Positions 39,601-52,700 of a stretch of DNA of 64,000 bases are shown here, piece by piece. This stretch comes from Vermamoeba vermiformis. Lineage: Eukaryota. Numbering within the stretch: the first letter of the stretch is position 1; every line of letters begins with the position of its first letter. The notes beneath the pieces were generated by a model. The model was not told the DNA's origin, did not search any database, and saw only the letters and a program-made list of their open reading frames with translations. The stretch lies in NCBI GenBank assembly GCA_045837725.1, contig JBEWZL010000212.1, positions 1 to 64,000 on the forward strand, written 5' to 3'. Both the position numbers and the translations under genes were made by a program.

Positions 39601-42600
39601 ACGAAACCTTCCAAATATGGAAAGTGTCCTTACTTTGGTGCGCTCACTGTGCTCGTGTCATGTTCCGTGTTGACGACCCAAATCTTTCGCAACTCTGAGT
39701 AACTTTCAAATCGAGGGTACACGTCCAAGTACATCGTTTCATAGCAATAAGCATATGCTAGGACATTGATGTTAGTACTGTATTGATTCTAAATTATGAA
39801 GTCAGACTTACCTTGTCTCAGGATTGAAGGCAAGTGCTCTTGTTTGACGACAGAGAAAATAACTTCTTCTTCGGCAAAACCAAATGCCTCGGTGATCATT
39901 TTGATGCAGAAGTAATTTCGACCCTCGCACAAGGCACCGAACAACATCAAGACTTCCTTGAAGAACAACATCTCAGGGTGTGCTGTCATGCGTGGATCTG
40001 ACTTTGGTGCGGCCTCGGTGACGGGCAGCCATTGGTCTTTGACTAACAGCTCGTACTTGCCCTCTTGCAACCTTCTTTTAATCACAATGTCTTTATGATT
40101 GACGAGCTCTTGGCCAATGTAAATCTGATTGCGAATCACGTTGATGTCTTTGTACTTGCAAATTTTGCGTAGAAGCTGCAAATATTGCGGGTCTTTAGTC
40201 GCTGTCGCCATCTTGAACACGTCCTTGATGAACTGATGTCTCACATTGAACAACAATTCTTGATTTTCGAACGCGTTTTCAAATGCTTCTGCGATAGGCA
40301 ATTGAATCAAATGGTTAGCCTATCAAAAGCGTTAGAAAAAAATAATATTACGGGGTCTTTTGTCCGTACCCAGTTCTCGCTGCGCTCCATAAAAAAGTTC
40401 AAGTTGAGCGTCTGTAGCAAGTGCAAAGCGAGTTTAGGATGGCCCTTAGAAATCAAGCCCATCAAGTAGATCGATTTACGTGCGATTGTGATGGGCTGTT
40501 TGGACTGCTCGATTCGACTCATTAGACCCAACAAGTCCATGATACCTTGATCAGCCAACAGCTTTTGACGGATAATCAACGTTGCGTATTCTCTTAGCAT
40601 TGATAATTTGACTATAATAAAGTATTAGTTCCTGATATTGAGGCACTCGCATGGTTTCAAAACGTTACCTTCTTCGCCTTCAGCAGAACTCGCGTCTTTG
40701 TCTCGATTAGACGTATCAGGGGCGATTAATTCTTCAATTTTATCCAAGTAATGCATCAGAGTTTGATGCCTGGACTCAGGAATAATCTCTTCCTTCATCT
40801 GCAGAGTGGTCAGTTCGGTCCTATTAGTCCATTTATCTACATACCGCTGCAACGTAATCTTCCATATACTGCTTCATATGGGCGATTACTTCATACTCAG
40901 TGAGTTGTTGAGTCGGAATTTCTTCGACGAGGAACGCGTCTTTGCTGAAAAATCGACGTGTCGCATTGACCTCGACAAATAGTTAGTATCAACGCCTCAA
41001 ATGTGTGCTGATGAAAACTCACTTCAAATGACTCGGTAATACCAATAGGACTCTCGGGATTAGTGTGCAGCCAGTACTTTCCGTTGACCGATTGGATGCG
41101 CGCAACAGATCCGACCGTGACTTCAGCTGAGTAATTCTCCTTGTTCTCAGTCTGATTGACTTTGTCTTTTGCATTCACAAAAATAAATAACGTGAATGGA
41201 TCTTCTTTAGCGTCAGTTAACTTCAACGCAAAATTCTCCGTTGGTTTTGCTGGATTCGCTTCGTCTTTTTTATCGACATTTTGCAACTCTGTTTCTTCAC
41301 TCGCAACTTCTTTAGTTGACCTTAGCGAGTATAGTGATAAATATAACTTTGTGCCAAATAAACGTAGTCTGAATGGCTTAGACCATAAAATTTCTGATTC
41401 CAACGAGGAATTTTCCACTTTGACTTTCTTCACCACATCTTCAATGACCCATATTGACGAATAACAATGCGTCACGAGTGTATTGACGTCAGATTTGCAT
41501 CGCACTACCGAATCGAATTCTACTCGGTTGAGCGTTTGTAAATAATTGAACAGCTTCATCTTGGCATACATATATCCAGTCACCGTGTGAAACAATCTTA
41601 TCGGCATATTGTGTCTTAATGCGTTGACAAGTGCTTCTGGCTGATCGTACAAGTTGATTGAAAAAGTTGTAAATTTTAACGGCTTGAGTTCGACTTCGTA
41701 AATTTCATCGCCTCTAATGCCCTCTGACGGGAACAATGCCTGCTGTAATGTCACGCCAAAAGTGACACTTTCTAACTTAATTTTGTCTCCAATCAACACT
41801 GGCTCTCCGTCTTTTCTCGCTGCATTTTTTATGTTCACGTCAGCAGGTGAGATTTTGAACCAACATCTACGAGAGCCTTCTTTATCCAACATTAGCCTTA
41901 AGTCACCTAGTGTCTGCTCGGCAACGCTGAGATATTTTCGAGTTCTGTAGTGGAATAGCTATTCACAGAAAAAATATTTTAGTCACGCAAGTTGACGTGC
42001 CACCGTGGCATTTTGGCGCTAACTTACCTGAATAATTTGTCCGTAGACGATATTACGAGACCAAAACTGGTCAATGGTCGTGTCTAATTCTTTCCTTATT
42101 CTCGTCTAATATTAAATTAATTAAAGTTCACACAACGGGACTGGTAAAATGTGACCGTCTCATTACCTCACGTGCTTCGACAGTTTCTGCATTTGCGTTT
42201 CTTCTAGCACCACCCTCTTTGTATTGCCTCATAGGAGTAATTTTGAACACAGTTTCTGTATTTGAGTGAAAATTAGCCATGTACAGAAATTTATTTAATG
42301 AAACGGATCTCCTCCACGAAATTGACCGAAAAACGCCGATGAACTCGGCATACTGTCAAACATCGCTAAATACCTTTTTCTTTCGAGGCTTTAATGACTA
42401 CACGGTCTTCTCCAACTCCATCTGAGCACAAGTACCCATCTTCTTCCCCATCTTCAGCAAAAAATAATACCAAGTCTCCAGGCTTTAAATTTCGCTTCTG
42501 TACTTCCACTAATATTTATTTTGTCAGTAATCAAGATTGAATAGCGTTTAATTATTTGTATTTTGTGAATTGAAGGGGTAGATCAAAATTATTACCGCAC

Positions 42601-42740
42601 AGAAAAAACTAATAAAGCGCGTTTTGCCATGGAATTAATTAAACAAGGCAAGCATTAAATGCTTTAGTCAAAAGAATTTACCTGAAGTTCTGGGGACGTT
42701 TGTTTGGATCTAAGCGTTGTGCGTCAAAAGAAGGCTTCAT
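33679..42740 (-). CDS. Inositol 1,4,5-trisphosphate receptor / ryanodine receptor-family Ca2+-release channel-like protein, many exons
   Basis: N-terminal suppressor-like LKPGDLVLF..DGYLCSDG..DRVV..VFKITPMRQY; MIR-like WVIE/FRLR/LYL; RIH-like RNQIYI..LCEGRNY; RIH-associated FKTLTEFV; six-TM region; C-terminal CFIC..FEKHL..HYLYF and coiled coil. The first exon(s) upstream of ~42510 are uncertain. Confidence 0.9.
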
Positions 42741-42950
42741 TATAATTTATGTTTTAATTGTTGTAGTATTTCGTTACATTACGCTGTGGTAGCGTCAATT
42801 GAAGTTGTCAATAAAACTGATCGGCGCGCGTGCAAAATAATTATTGTTGTGATTTCAGGCATTCATGAAAAAGTTAGCACTTTCCAAAATAGGAAAGAGA
42901 ACTAAAGGAACGCTTTAAATGCCTTATTTATACATAAATATATTATATTA

Positions 42951-43903
42951 TTACAAAACCTCTTTTGTGCTCGGAATAATGTGTTTTCGATTCGGATCAA
43001 CTGCAACAGCTTGTCTTAACGCCAGAGCTAAAGCTTTAAATGCAGACTCGACCTTATGATGGTGATTGAATCCGTATAAACATCGCACGTGTAATGTTAA
43101 TCTGGCAGCAGTCGCTAAAAGAGGAAAGATATCGTTAGTATACGGATCTGATGCGGACCATTCATTTCGTACCAAAGGATTGAAACACGTGAGGAATCAT
43201 TTCACACGAAAGGTCTCCAATCTTCTCACGCTCGAGACCCAATTCGATGACTGAGTGTGGACGGCTTGAAATATCCACTACTGCAAGACTCAATGCTTCG
43301 TCAAGTGGCGCGTGAGCAGATCCGTATCTGTACGCAAAATGTCAAAATTCGAACTATCCTTCATTTGGATATAATATAGGTAGGTAATAAATACCTCGCA
43401 ATGCCTGTTCGCTCTTGAAGCGCCATATCAAAAGCCGATCCAAGTGCCAGCGCGCAATCTTCCGCGGTGTGATGATCATCAACGACTAAATCGCCCTTGC
43501 AGTGCAATAATAAATCGAAGTGACCGTGTTTAGCCAATGCGTGGAACATGTGGTCCAAAAATCCTAGTGATAGGGAAATAAGCCAGAAAGAACATTTACT
43601 ACTTAATCCGCAACTCGTGAAGTGATTTTGTATTGAAATAATCTTACCAATGCCAGTATTTACGTCGATTTTCTCGCCAGTTCCATCCAAATTCAACTCG
43701 CATCTAATTTGAGTTTCTTTTGTCTTTCTTTCGACCACCGCAAATCGTCGTTTGCTTCCTTCGATTTTTTCTGAATTTTCTAACGCAGTGCTGATTTTTT
43801 TCAAGTTGGTTTTCAATGTCGTCCTCTGCTCAAGCGTCAACTTTTGCACGACTTGCGCCAGATCTTCATCTTTAAGCTTGAGAAGGCTTTCGATATCAGC
43901 CAT
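42951..43903 (-). CDS. HIS3: Imidazoleglycerol-phosphate dehydratase, multi-exon
   Basis: [62 protein letters not shown]; colinear with fungal His3 / bacterial HisB dehydratase. Confidence 0.97.
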
Positions 43904-44381
43904 GTTTACAAAATGATGTGTATGTATTGGTCTCAAAATAGCTATTGAATGGTCGCGCGACGAAACAATTTCAGACCGTTGTCAAACGATATTTTTTAGC
44001 CGCTCGCAGTAAACACCTCATTTTAGCGCTCCCCACGCTGAATATCAACTAACAACGCTAATTATATCCTTTGGTAAGTTTTGGAATTGCTTTATCGATA
44101 AAAGAGGTCCGCACATACGCGGATCTATTGCAAAAGTTACAACGCTCAATTTAATTATGATTGTAGCGTCACGTATATTTTACAAGATAATTACGTTGGA
44201 TTTTATTTTTGATGGTTCCGATCTCTCGAGAAAATATCTTCCGTCGGTTCAAGTTCCTGTATAATTCGCAAAATAATTGTTTTACGATCAAGAAATATCT
44301 TTTACGTTTTCTTAACCTCCCTAATAAATATCTTCGCCGATATTAACTCAACAATTTAATTCCAGATCCCGCAGCAAACAG

Positions 44382-45828
44382 ATGGAAGAAATTCTCTCAA
44401 ACTTAGAAGGGCGATGCATTCTTGCAGTGCCGAAGAAGGGTCGCTTGCACGAGAAGATTATCCCGCTGTTGGAGAAGATGGACATTCAGTTCGTTCGTCA
44501 ACACCGATTAGACATTGCGTTGAGCACCAACCACGCCAATTTGGCTATTTTATTCTTGCCTGCTGCAGATATTCCGCTGTACACCTCTCTTGGTAAGCAC
44601 AGAACCCCATATATTAACCGCCTTACAAAATTTATGTTTATTTTTAAACTGGATCTCGCCAAACGAGCAACCGATTTCTTATGCCCAATATATTTTACTT
44701 AATATTGCTCTTTTTTTAATGGTATATTTAAAGGACGAGTCGATGTTGGCATTACCGGTCAAGATCTGATTCAAGAATCAAAAGCTGATGTCATCGAGCT
44801 CTCACGTTTGGGATTTGGCAAGTGCAGATTATGCGTTCAAGCGCCTAAGAAAGCTGGCATTAAGGATGTTAAAGTAAGCATCATTATTAATGCCAAACGT
44901 CCTTGCTCAATTTGGAAGCCAATACTCTGGCTCGTGATAATTATTTATTAACGGCTTTTATTTCCTATTTAGTCATTGGTTGGCAAGCGCATTATTACTT
45001 CGTTCCCTAATCTGACGGAACAATTCTTCAAAAAATTGGATCCCAACACTCCGACCACCATCAAATCAATTTCTGGATCCGTTGAAATCGCCTGTGCGTT
45101 AGGCTTGGCCGATGCTATTGTCGATTTGGTCGAATCTGGTGCCACCATGAAAGCTGCTGGTACGATCACATGTTTGACACCGTTTTGTATAAGATAACGT
45201 GTTGATGTTGACACTCTCTCAAGGTCTGGAGATTGTCGACAAAATCCTCGACACTGAAGCCGTGCTGATTGCTAACCCACACACCTCCCACAAGAACGTC
45301 ATTGAAATGGTAAAGCGACGATTATTAGGTACGTCATTTTATTGACACGTGTCAAACTCTGAAGATGACAGTGTCCTCATAAGATCGTATCCATTTGGAG
45401 TAGTGAATAGTGATGCAGTTGTTTGACGCTTTAATTCTTTTTTTGTGATGTGACACGTGTCACTTTTTTTATGCGCAAGGGACCTATCTTCACGTGCATT
45501 TGTATCATTATCTACATTATTATTCGAGCTATACAATATGTCACTATGATGTACTTACGGCCCTTTACTATTAGGCGTATTGACGGCTCAACGCTACGTC
45601 ATGATTGAATACAACATTGAACGAAAGAACCTCCAACAAGCGGTTGAAATTACGCCCGGTCAAAAGTCACCCACTCTGTCGCCGTTAGAAGAGAACGAAT
45701 GGGTCGCTGTTAAGGCCATGGTCAAAGCTAACGAGGTCAATGACATTATGGATCGATTAGTGAACGTCGGTGCTACTGACATTTTTGTCACGCAGATCCA
45801 CAACTGTCGTGTAGAACACTCAAAGTAA
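44382..45828 (+). CDS. HIS1: ATP phosphoribosyltransferase (long form), multi-exon
   Basis: AVPKKGRL, RLDIAL, FLPAADIP, DVGITGQD, GSVEIACALGLADAIVDLVESGATM, and a C-terminal regulatory domain (TPGQKSPTLSPL..GATDI). Confidence 0.97.
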
Positions 45829-45844
45829 AAAAGAAGTAAGGACT

Positions 45845-47309
45845 TTATATTTTAAACAAAAACTTCCGTTGTCCTAAGAACCGAAGATTACAATCATTTG
45901 CACCAACTTCAGCAGTGATTTGTAGCGGCAATGACTGGTACCAATATCTGCAGACCAGTCGGTAGTCGTCCGAGTTATCCAAATGTTTCGTAATTTCGTT
46001 CACTATTTCTGCTAGCACAAGCGCCGTAGGTGCTCCTGACTCGTCGCCCTCAATAACAAGCACCTCTCGTTGAATGTACTTGTCTTTGATCAACGGGTAC
46101 AGCGATAATGAAATTCCATCGGATCCGATTGCAACTTGATGAAAAGTGCCAGCAAGTCTCTTTGGGTTCTTTCCGCTTAACGTAATCTCCAATATGAACC
46201 ATCCACTAGGATGCAATTGGAGTTTATATTCGTCGATACGATCCCACCGGCTGACTTTTCCAGCAGACGAAAATTTGAGAGGCTCTTTGCCAAATTTGGA
46301 AATCCATTCTTCGCTTTCAGCCGGTGAAACCTCCGAGTGCTTTGGGACGGTGAACTCGCGCGATACACTAGCATAATCTTTTGATAAGGGTCGTGATAGA
46401 CTAGTCACTGTAAATTTGAATAAATAACGCTCGCCGGATCGCAGTTGACTTTTTGAATAAAATAACGTTGATGCAAATGAATTCAGTTGAATTAATGTCC
46501 TATTATTGCCAACGCTTTCTACTGTTGCTGAGAATATGCCATCGCCTACATATCGCTCGCCAAAGTTCGCTGAAAACTGGTTAAGTACGGCTAATTCTTC
46601 CACATTAATCCTCAAAAAATCTGACATTTGTTTCCAGTGATCTTTGACGACTATAAGTGGACTCTCTATAGTCACTCCTAGTGGAATAATTTCATGATAT
46701 AGCTGCGCCTCGTAGATCTCGTCCATATACGAGATTTTCAGATCCGAATCTTCACTGTCAATCCAACTTTCAGTGCCTTGAAGTCTGTATCTTAATTTAA
46801 ATATAAATTTTACATGATAGTTATTTTTCGGCTTAATTCGAGCGAGATGGAATGACTGTGTATGAATGACAGGCTCTGATAATTGTTTAGCATAGCCACA
46901 AACGACAATATTACATTGAAATAAATTGTCTTCGCCTTCCACTACTATTTTAATACTAGTACTACTGCTTAATTCGCCATTGGTGAAGTGTAAACCTTTC
47001 AGCTCGTTGTTTTTGTCATCGTACAGCCGCCATGTCAATCTTGGGTTGTTAATCGACACGTTTATTACGTGATAGTAATATTTATCGTTGTTAATAGGCA
47101 ATTTAAATATATGAGTGTTATTCGTGGAACTTCCATACTGTTGAAAGGCGATCTCATAAATATCTGACGAGAAATATCATTAATAAATATTTTGTAGGCA
47201 TTAAAATGTTCATTGATAAGTTAACTATTCGCTAATTATTATATTTTTATGATTTCAAACAAGAATAAATTTGTTTTAAAAATTAAATACCCGGATCAGT
47301 GCTTGACAT
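45845..47309 (-). CDS. Uncharacterised protein with C-terminal F-box-like motif
   Basis: 418-codon open frame plus an inferred short first exon (MSSTDP, ATG at 47309). Near the C-terminus: LVLAEIVNEITKHLDNSDDYRLVCRYWYQSL. Confidence 0.7.
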
Positions 47310-47501
47310 GTCGTTCAAAAGTCAATCTGGTTGCGAAATCAAATAATTCGCTGGATACTATAAGGTAGATTGTTTTGGAGGGCTGTGTTGCGTTGTTTTT
47401 CGTAGTCAAGAAAAGTTACGAATAAATTTCAGGCGATTAACCCGTCCAGCACGTCAACAGGACAATAATAGTACTGAATTGATTATATTACACTTGTATT
47501 T

Positions 47502-48167
47502 TTATTTATTCGGCGGATAAAAGCATACTGAATCAATTGGATTGTTGGTGTGTTCGTACGAGGCATGAACAAAATCTATTTGCATTCCTAGCTTCTTATA
47601 ATCAACATATATATTAACTATACCTCCTACACTAGGCTTTGGTTTGCCTTCTGGCTCTCCATATCTGAAAAGAAAAGAAATTAGCCGTTAGATCCGGATG
47701 TAATTTCATACAGGTAACTACGTACTTTTTAACGATTTCAACATTGTTCATATCCAAATTAAGCTCATTTGGTAATTTTCCTAAATATTTTGCGAATTTT
47801 TGCTTGTTTGTAGTGTTGTACACGAACACTGAATCTAGAGTCCTCTCTCCACTCTTCGACTTTGCAAATTGAAATGATATTCCATATTTCTTGAAGTTGA
47901 TATAAGTACAATCTGAGTAGTCTTTTGTTTCAGCTCCATCGAGTTGTGCAATAAACTTTAGGTCGGGATCTGTTTGCTTTTTCCCAAACTTCGCAAAGAA
48001 AATTAGATAATTAACGATATGATAATATAAATAACAGTATAATATTGCTATATGAAATAGTATCGCTCCTTTTAATTATTTGATTTTTAAATCATTTTTT
48101 GTTTGGATCAACTTACCAGCGAATAGAAATCAATCGTCTTGAATACTTCTGGGCAAGTTTCAGCCAT
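47502..48167 (-). CDS. Small uncharacterised protein (~145 aa), 3 exons
   Basis: Spliced frame MAETCPEVFKTIDFYSL-FGKKQTDP..KDYSDCTYINFKKYGISFQF..LDSVFVYN..LPNELNLDMNNVEIVKK-YGEPEGK..YKKLGMQIDF..PPNK* with canonical splice sites. Confidence 0.75.
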
Positions 48168-48529
48168 GATTATAATAATAGAGTTATAAGAAATAATGCG
48201 CGATGTGTTGTGCTCAGGTTGTGACGAGCAACAAAAATTTCGCTAGATCGAACATTGCGATGACAACACAATTTGTTGGCTTCGTTTTAATAATATAAGA
48301 CCAGATCGAAGTTCTAGAAGACGGCGAACATAATAACAAAAGTCCGCTGTGCTCTCGTTTGTTAAGTGGTGGCGCTAATGACCATAAAAGGAAAGCTTCT
48401 CGATGACGTAGATCTACCGGCGAAATTTACCAAAGATTGACAGTCTCTTCGTCGCCGCAAATGCCTATATTAGGAATGCTTCTTAAATCACGGACACTTA
48501 TCAATAAAATTATTCTCCGCGCTAAATAG

Positions 48530-48537
48530 TATAAATA
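48530..48537 (+). promoter_or_regulatory. Putative TATA box of the NmrA-like gene
   Basis: TATAAATA about 85 nt upstream of the ATG, followed by a C/A-rich leader. Confidence 0.55.
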
Positions 48538-48618
48538 CTTGAGCTTTGTACTCATTCAATTCAACAACAAACAACAGAACAAATAACACAAGCAATACTA
48601 CTACATAATAATAACAAT

Positions 48619-49611
48619 ATGGCTAGTATTTTTGTATTCGTGCCTTCAGGAAACGTCGGTGCTCACGTAGCAGATCAGCTCGCAAAAAAAGGCGTCCAAT
48701 TCAAAGCTGGCGTTAGAGACGCAGCTAAAGGCGAAGAACTTAAGAAGAAGTACGGCGATAAAGTGGAGCCTGTAATTATCGACCTCTACAATCAAGATTC
48801 GTTGGATGCGGCTCTCAAGGGCATTGAAAAAGTTTTCTTGGGCACTCCTAGAGGTACTTTCTAGCCACAATATTTTTACGTATGAATGAGTTAAAACTAA
48901 TTTTCGATTATTTAGGCCAAACAATCGCTCCTACATTAAACGTCGGAAAGGCTGCGCAGAGTAAGTTGCAGATCAGTCACAGTTTTTATCGAATACACTT
49001 CTAACCCCTATTCTTTAGAAAACGGCGTGAAGCATATTGTGAAGTTAGCAGCGTTAGGCGCTGAAAATCCGGACAAATTCTGGTGGGCCGGTGAGCATAC
49101 TAAATCCGAAGCAGGCTTGAAGGAAATGGGCCTCGCAGTGACTTCTATTCGCCCCGCTGCATTCTACAGCAACTTTATCAACTTGAATTCGCAAACTATT
49201 AAGGCACAAAAGAAGATCTTCCAAGCTATGGCAGATTCGAAAGCCAACTTCGTCTATCCTGGAGACATCGCCGCTGCCGTGATCGTCGCCTTGACTACTC
49301 CTGGTCACGAGAATAAGGAGTACTACATCACTGGTCCCGAGTCCTACAGCTACCATCAAATAGCGGATCTGTTCACCCAAGTGCTCGGCGAGAAAATTGA
49401 ATACGTGCCCATCACTGACACTACTCTGCGCGAAGAAGCCAAGAAATTTATGCCAAATCAAGAAGCTATCGATGGAATGGCAAACTTGTGGCAGTACTTC
49501 CGCGACGGCTATTATGACGTGAAGACTAAGGACTTGGAGAACTTGACCGGATCTACAGGCAAGCCACTCAAGGAATGGATCCAAGAAAATGCTGCTTTGT
49601 TCAAGCAATAG
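48619..49611 (+). CDS. NmrA-like atypical SDR NAD(P)-dependent oxidoreductase, 3 exons
   Basis: Rossmann start FVFVPSGNVGAHV, VRD, AALKGIEKVFL, IRPAAFYSN, DIAAA, YYITGPE. Confidence 0.9.
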
Positions 49612-49742
49612 ACTCGTATTTCCTAACAAATAAAAGCTTACGCGTAAACCTGCGTGTATTCTTAGAAATTATTATTATTATCTTATCGACTAGAACTCAC
49701 TTAGAGTGGCAACTATTTACATATAACACAATAAATACACGT

Positions 49743-52700
49743 TTAGAAGTCATCATTATCGTTGAAATTAAGCTTAGTCGGCGCTGCTGAATCAGACTTT
49801 GGAGATCTGCTTTTTCGTCGAGGAGTCAGTGCCAGATCTGCACCTTCATCCTCACGATTCTCTTTCCTTCGTTTAGACATAAATGGCGTCAATGTATCGT
49901 CCGCGGCGGCAGCTTCAGGTGACACGGCTGCCTCGCTCTTGTTCGTTCTTCGTCCGCGACTTTTCGGGGTCACACTTGTCGTGCTCGGCGAGTTCTTTTT
50001 TTTGCCTGTCACGGGCGTAGCTTGATTGTCCCAAATATCTTTGCCGCTCTGTCGCTTTATGAACGGTGGTGAAGCGGTCAGAGAGGCGGTGTCGACGGGC
50101 TTGGCTTGTTTTTTCACGGGCGTTGACGGCTCTTCTTGTTCGAAGCTGTCATTGAGGTTGTCATATCGTTGCATCAACGTGTCAATTGTTGGAACGGGAC
50201 TCTTGTTCTCAACTTCAGAGGTAATCAGATCACGTATCGATTGGCTGTTGTCATCGATATCAGGAATGCTTTGTAAGCCGTGAAAACTGTCACTTTTTTT
50301 GAAATTTCTTCCGCTCAGTGATGCACCCTCTGTTTCGATCAGATCCAAATCGTTATCATCGTCTTCGATCTTCTTTTGTTTCGGTGTTGCCGTTGAGTTT
50401 GGCGTAATATCTGCAGTCGTGGCACTGCTTCCAATGGTCGTTTCATCGTCATCAATATCAATGACAATAGGGACTGCGGGTGTCTTCTTCGCACTACCAT
50501 TGGCGCTCTTTTTGCCTGATCCGCTCTTCTCAATCAGCATGTCATCATCGTCATCCGCTTTAGCCTTCTTTTTGGAGCTGAAGAACGACTGAGACTCGTC
50601 GTAGTTGCGTGACTTGACAGGTGTCACATCTGCTGCTCCAAAGACTTGCTGCAGAAATGGGGACATGGCAGGTTCTTTCTTCACAGTGGCACTAGATCCA
50701 GTTGCACTCGTGTCTTCGTCCTCTATCATTGGCTTCTCTTCTTCCGCGTTGTTATTTTTTGCAGTGGCCCAAAACGACGGTGTTAGTGTCGGTGTAGAGC
50801 TTGGCGTACCATTGCTCGCAGAGGGTTGTGAAGCTGGTATTTTGAACGAGATTGCACCGGTTTGATAAGTCCTCTCTGGCTTGTACGGTGACACATTGAC
50901 GATGGCAGAGTCTTTGCCGGCATTCGCAAAGGGATCAAACGTCTGCACGCTGATTAGCTCTCATGCATGGTATTGTCATTGACGCGTACCTTGTAAAACT
51001 CCATGACCTTTGGATGCGCTCTAAACACTCGCGGATTGAACGCCAATAACTTGAGACCCTCTGGTGAAGATACACGAGATAGGGCCACATAAGCTTGGCC
51101 ACTGCATACAACCCATTAGTATAGACCTCAGTTGACAAGTTAAGCTTGGTACGTACTATTCGAACACGTTGTCTAGCTTGATTTCAACTTTGTCCAGTGT
51201 CTGACCTTGCGACTTGTGAATACTCATCGCCCACGCAAGTTTCAGTGGTATTTGATAGCGCGACTGCATTCGTTAGTGACTGGCTACTAGTGCATAATTA
51301 AACAAACGTGACACTTACAGCGACCTCTCTGCCTTCAATTTCAATAGCCCAACGATGAGGTTCGATTGTCTCTTCAATTCCGTTCACAAACTACGTGCGT
51401 CAAGTTAGTTAGTGCCGAGCTTAATTTAACCTTTGTATCAACCCGCTTACTCTAACACGAGGGTAGCATTGTCTAGTCTCATCGAAACCAATCACTACAC
51501 CACGGGATCCGTTCACTAACCCACGTTCCAAGTTCTGATTTAAAGTTAGATTTCACGTGCTATTGTGTCGCGACATATTCCACCACTCACGATGATCAGC
51601 ATGACTTGTGCTCCAACTTTCAGCTTCAAATCTTCGGGGGCAACACAGTGCTTCAACTGCTCCAAGAAGGGCTCGTCGCCACGGTCCTTTGCTTTGAACA
51701 ACTTTCCTTTTGCGGGAATAGCATCAAGCCGCTCTTCGTTAATTTTATCTAGAATATTTTAGCAAACGGATAATGGCCAAATATTATTATGACTTACCAA
51801 CATCCCTGTTGAGCGTGAACAACTTGGTCGGTTCTACGTCGTCGTCCATATTCAGTGGCTTGTTAATACAGTTCATTAAGAACTGGGTGGTCTCGTCTGT
51901 GCAAATTCCGTGGCGCAACTGATTGAGCATGCGAACAAATGCCACGTCTTTCTGTCGAAACACTTGCTTCAGTTCGATGTGGCACGTGATTGCCTCTTGC
52001 CACGCCTTTGATTCGAAGCAAAATAATTGATCCGAGTCACCAGGCGGCGTTGAAAAGTTATTTGCAGCGCCGTCACTTTTTGGCTCTTTGTTCTTTTGAC
52101 TTCTTTTTCTCACGGGAGGCAGTTGGAAAAAGTCACCGCTGCAAATTAGCTGAATGCCTATAATTATATTTAACAACTAATATTATGGCACGTGACAACT
52201 TAATGTTTGGCATACCTCCGAACGGCTTATTTTGCCCGCGCACAACACGTGCCACAAAGTCCAATTTGTCAAAGAGCTCGGCATCAATCATTGATACTTC
52301 ATCGATTATAAGGACTGGACTATCATTAGTATAGTAGATGATTGTTATATTGATCATACCTTTCGCTCTTTTCCACCAGGCAGCACTGCGCGAGCTCATC
52401 ACACGTGTCGCGAGGTTGACTTTCGAATCATCGCCTAAGCCAATGCCCTGCACATATATGAATATTATGTCGTATTATTGGTCTATCCTACGTACTGCAA
52501 ATGAGTGCAAAGTCCTATCAAAATAATTCAATTAGCTGCGTCAGGGAAATTGACACAAACTTACGTTCCACCAATATTCGTTGCCGCAACACCAGTAGCC
52601 GCTGTAATAAATGTTGTGTCTCGTGGTAATCTTCTAATAATTTCTTTGAGCAACGTCTAATCAAAAGAAATTAATTTGGAATTTTTGGATTATTTTCAAT

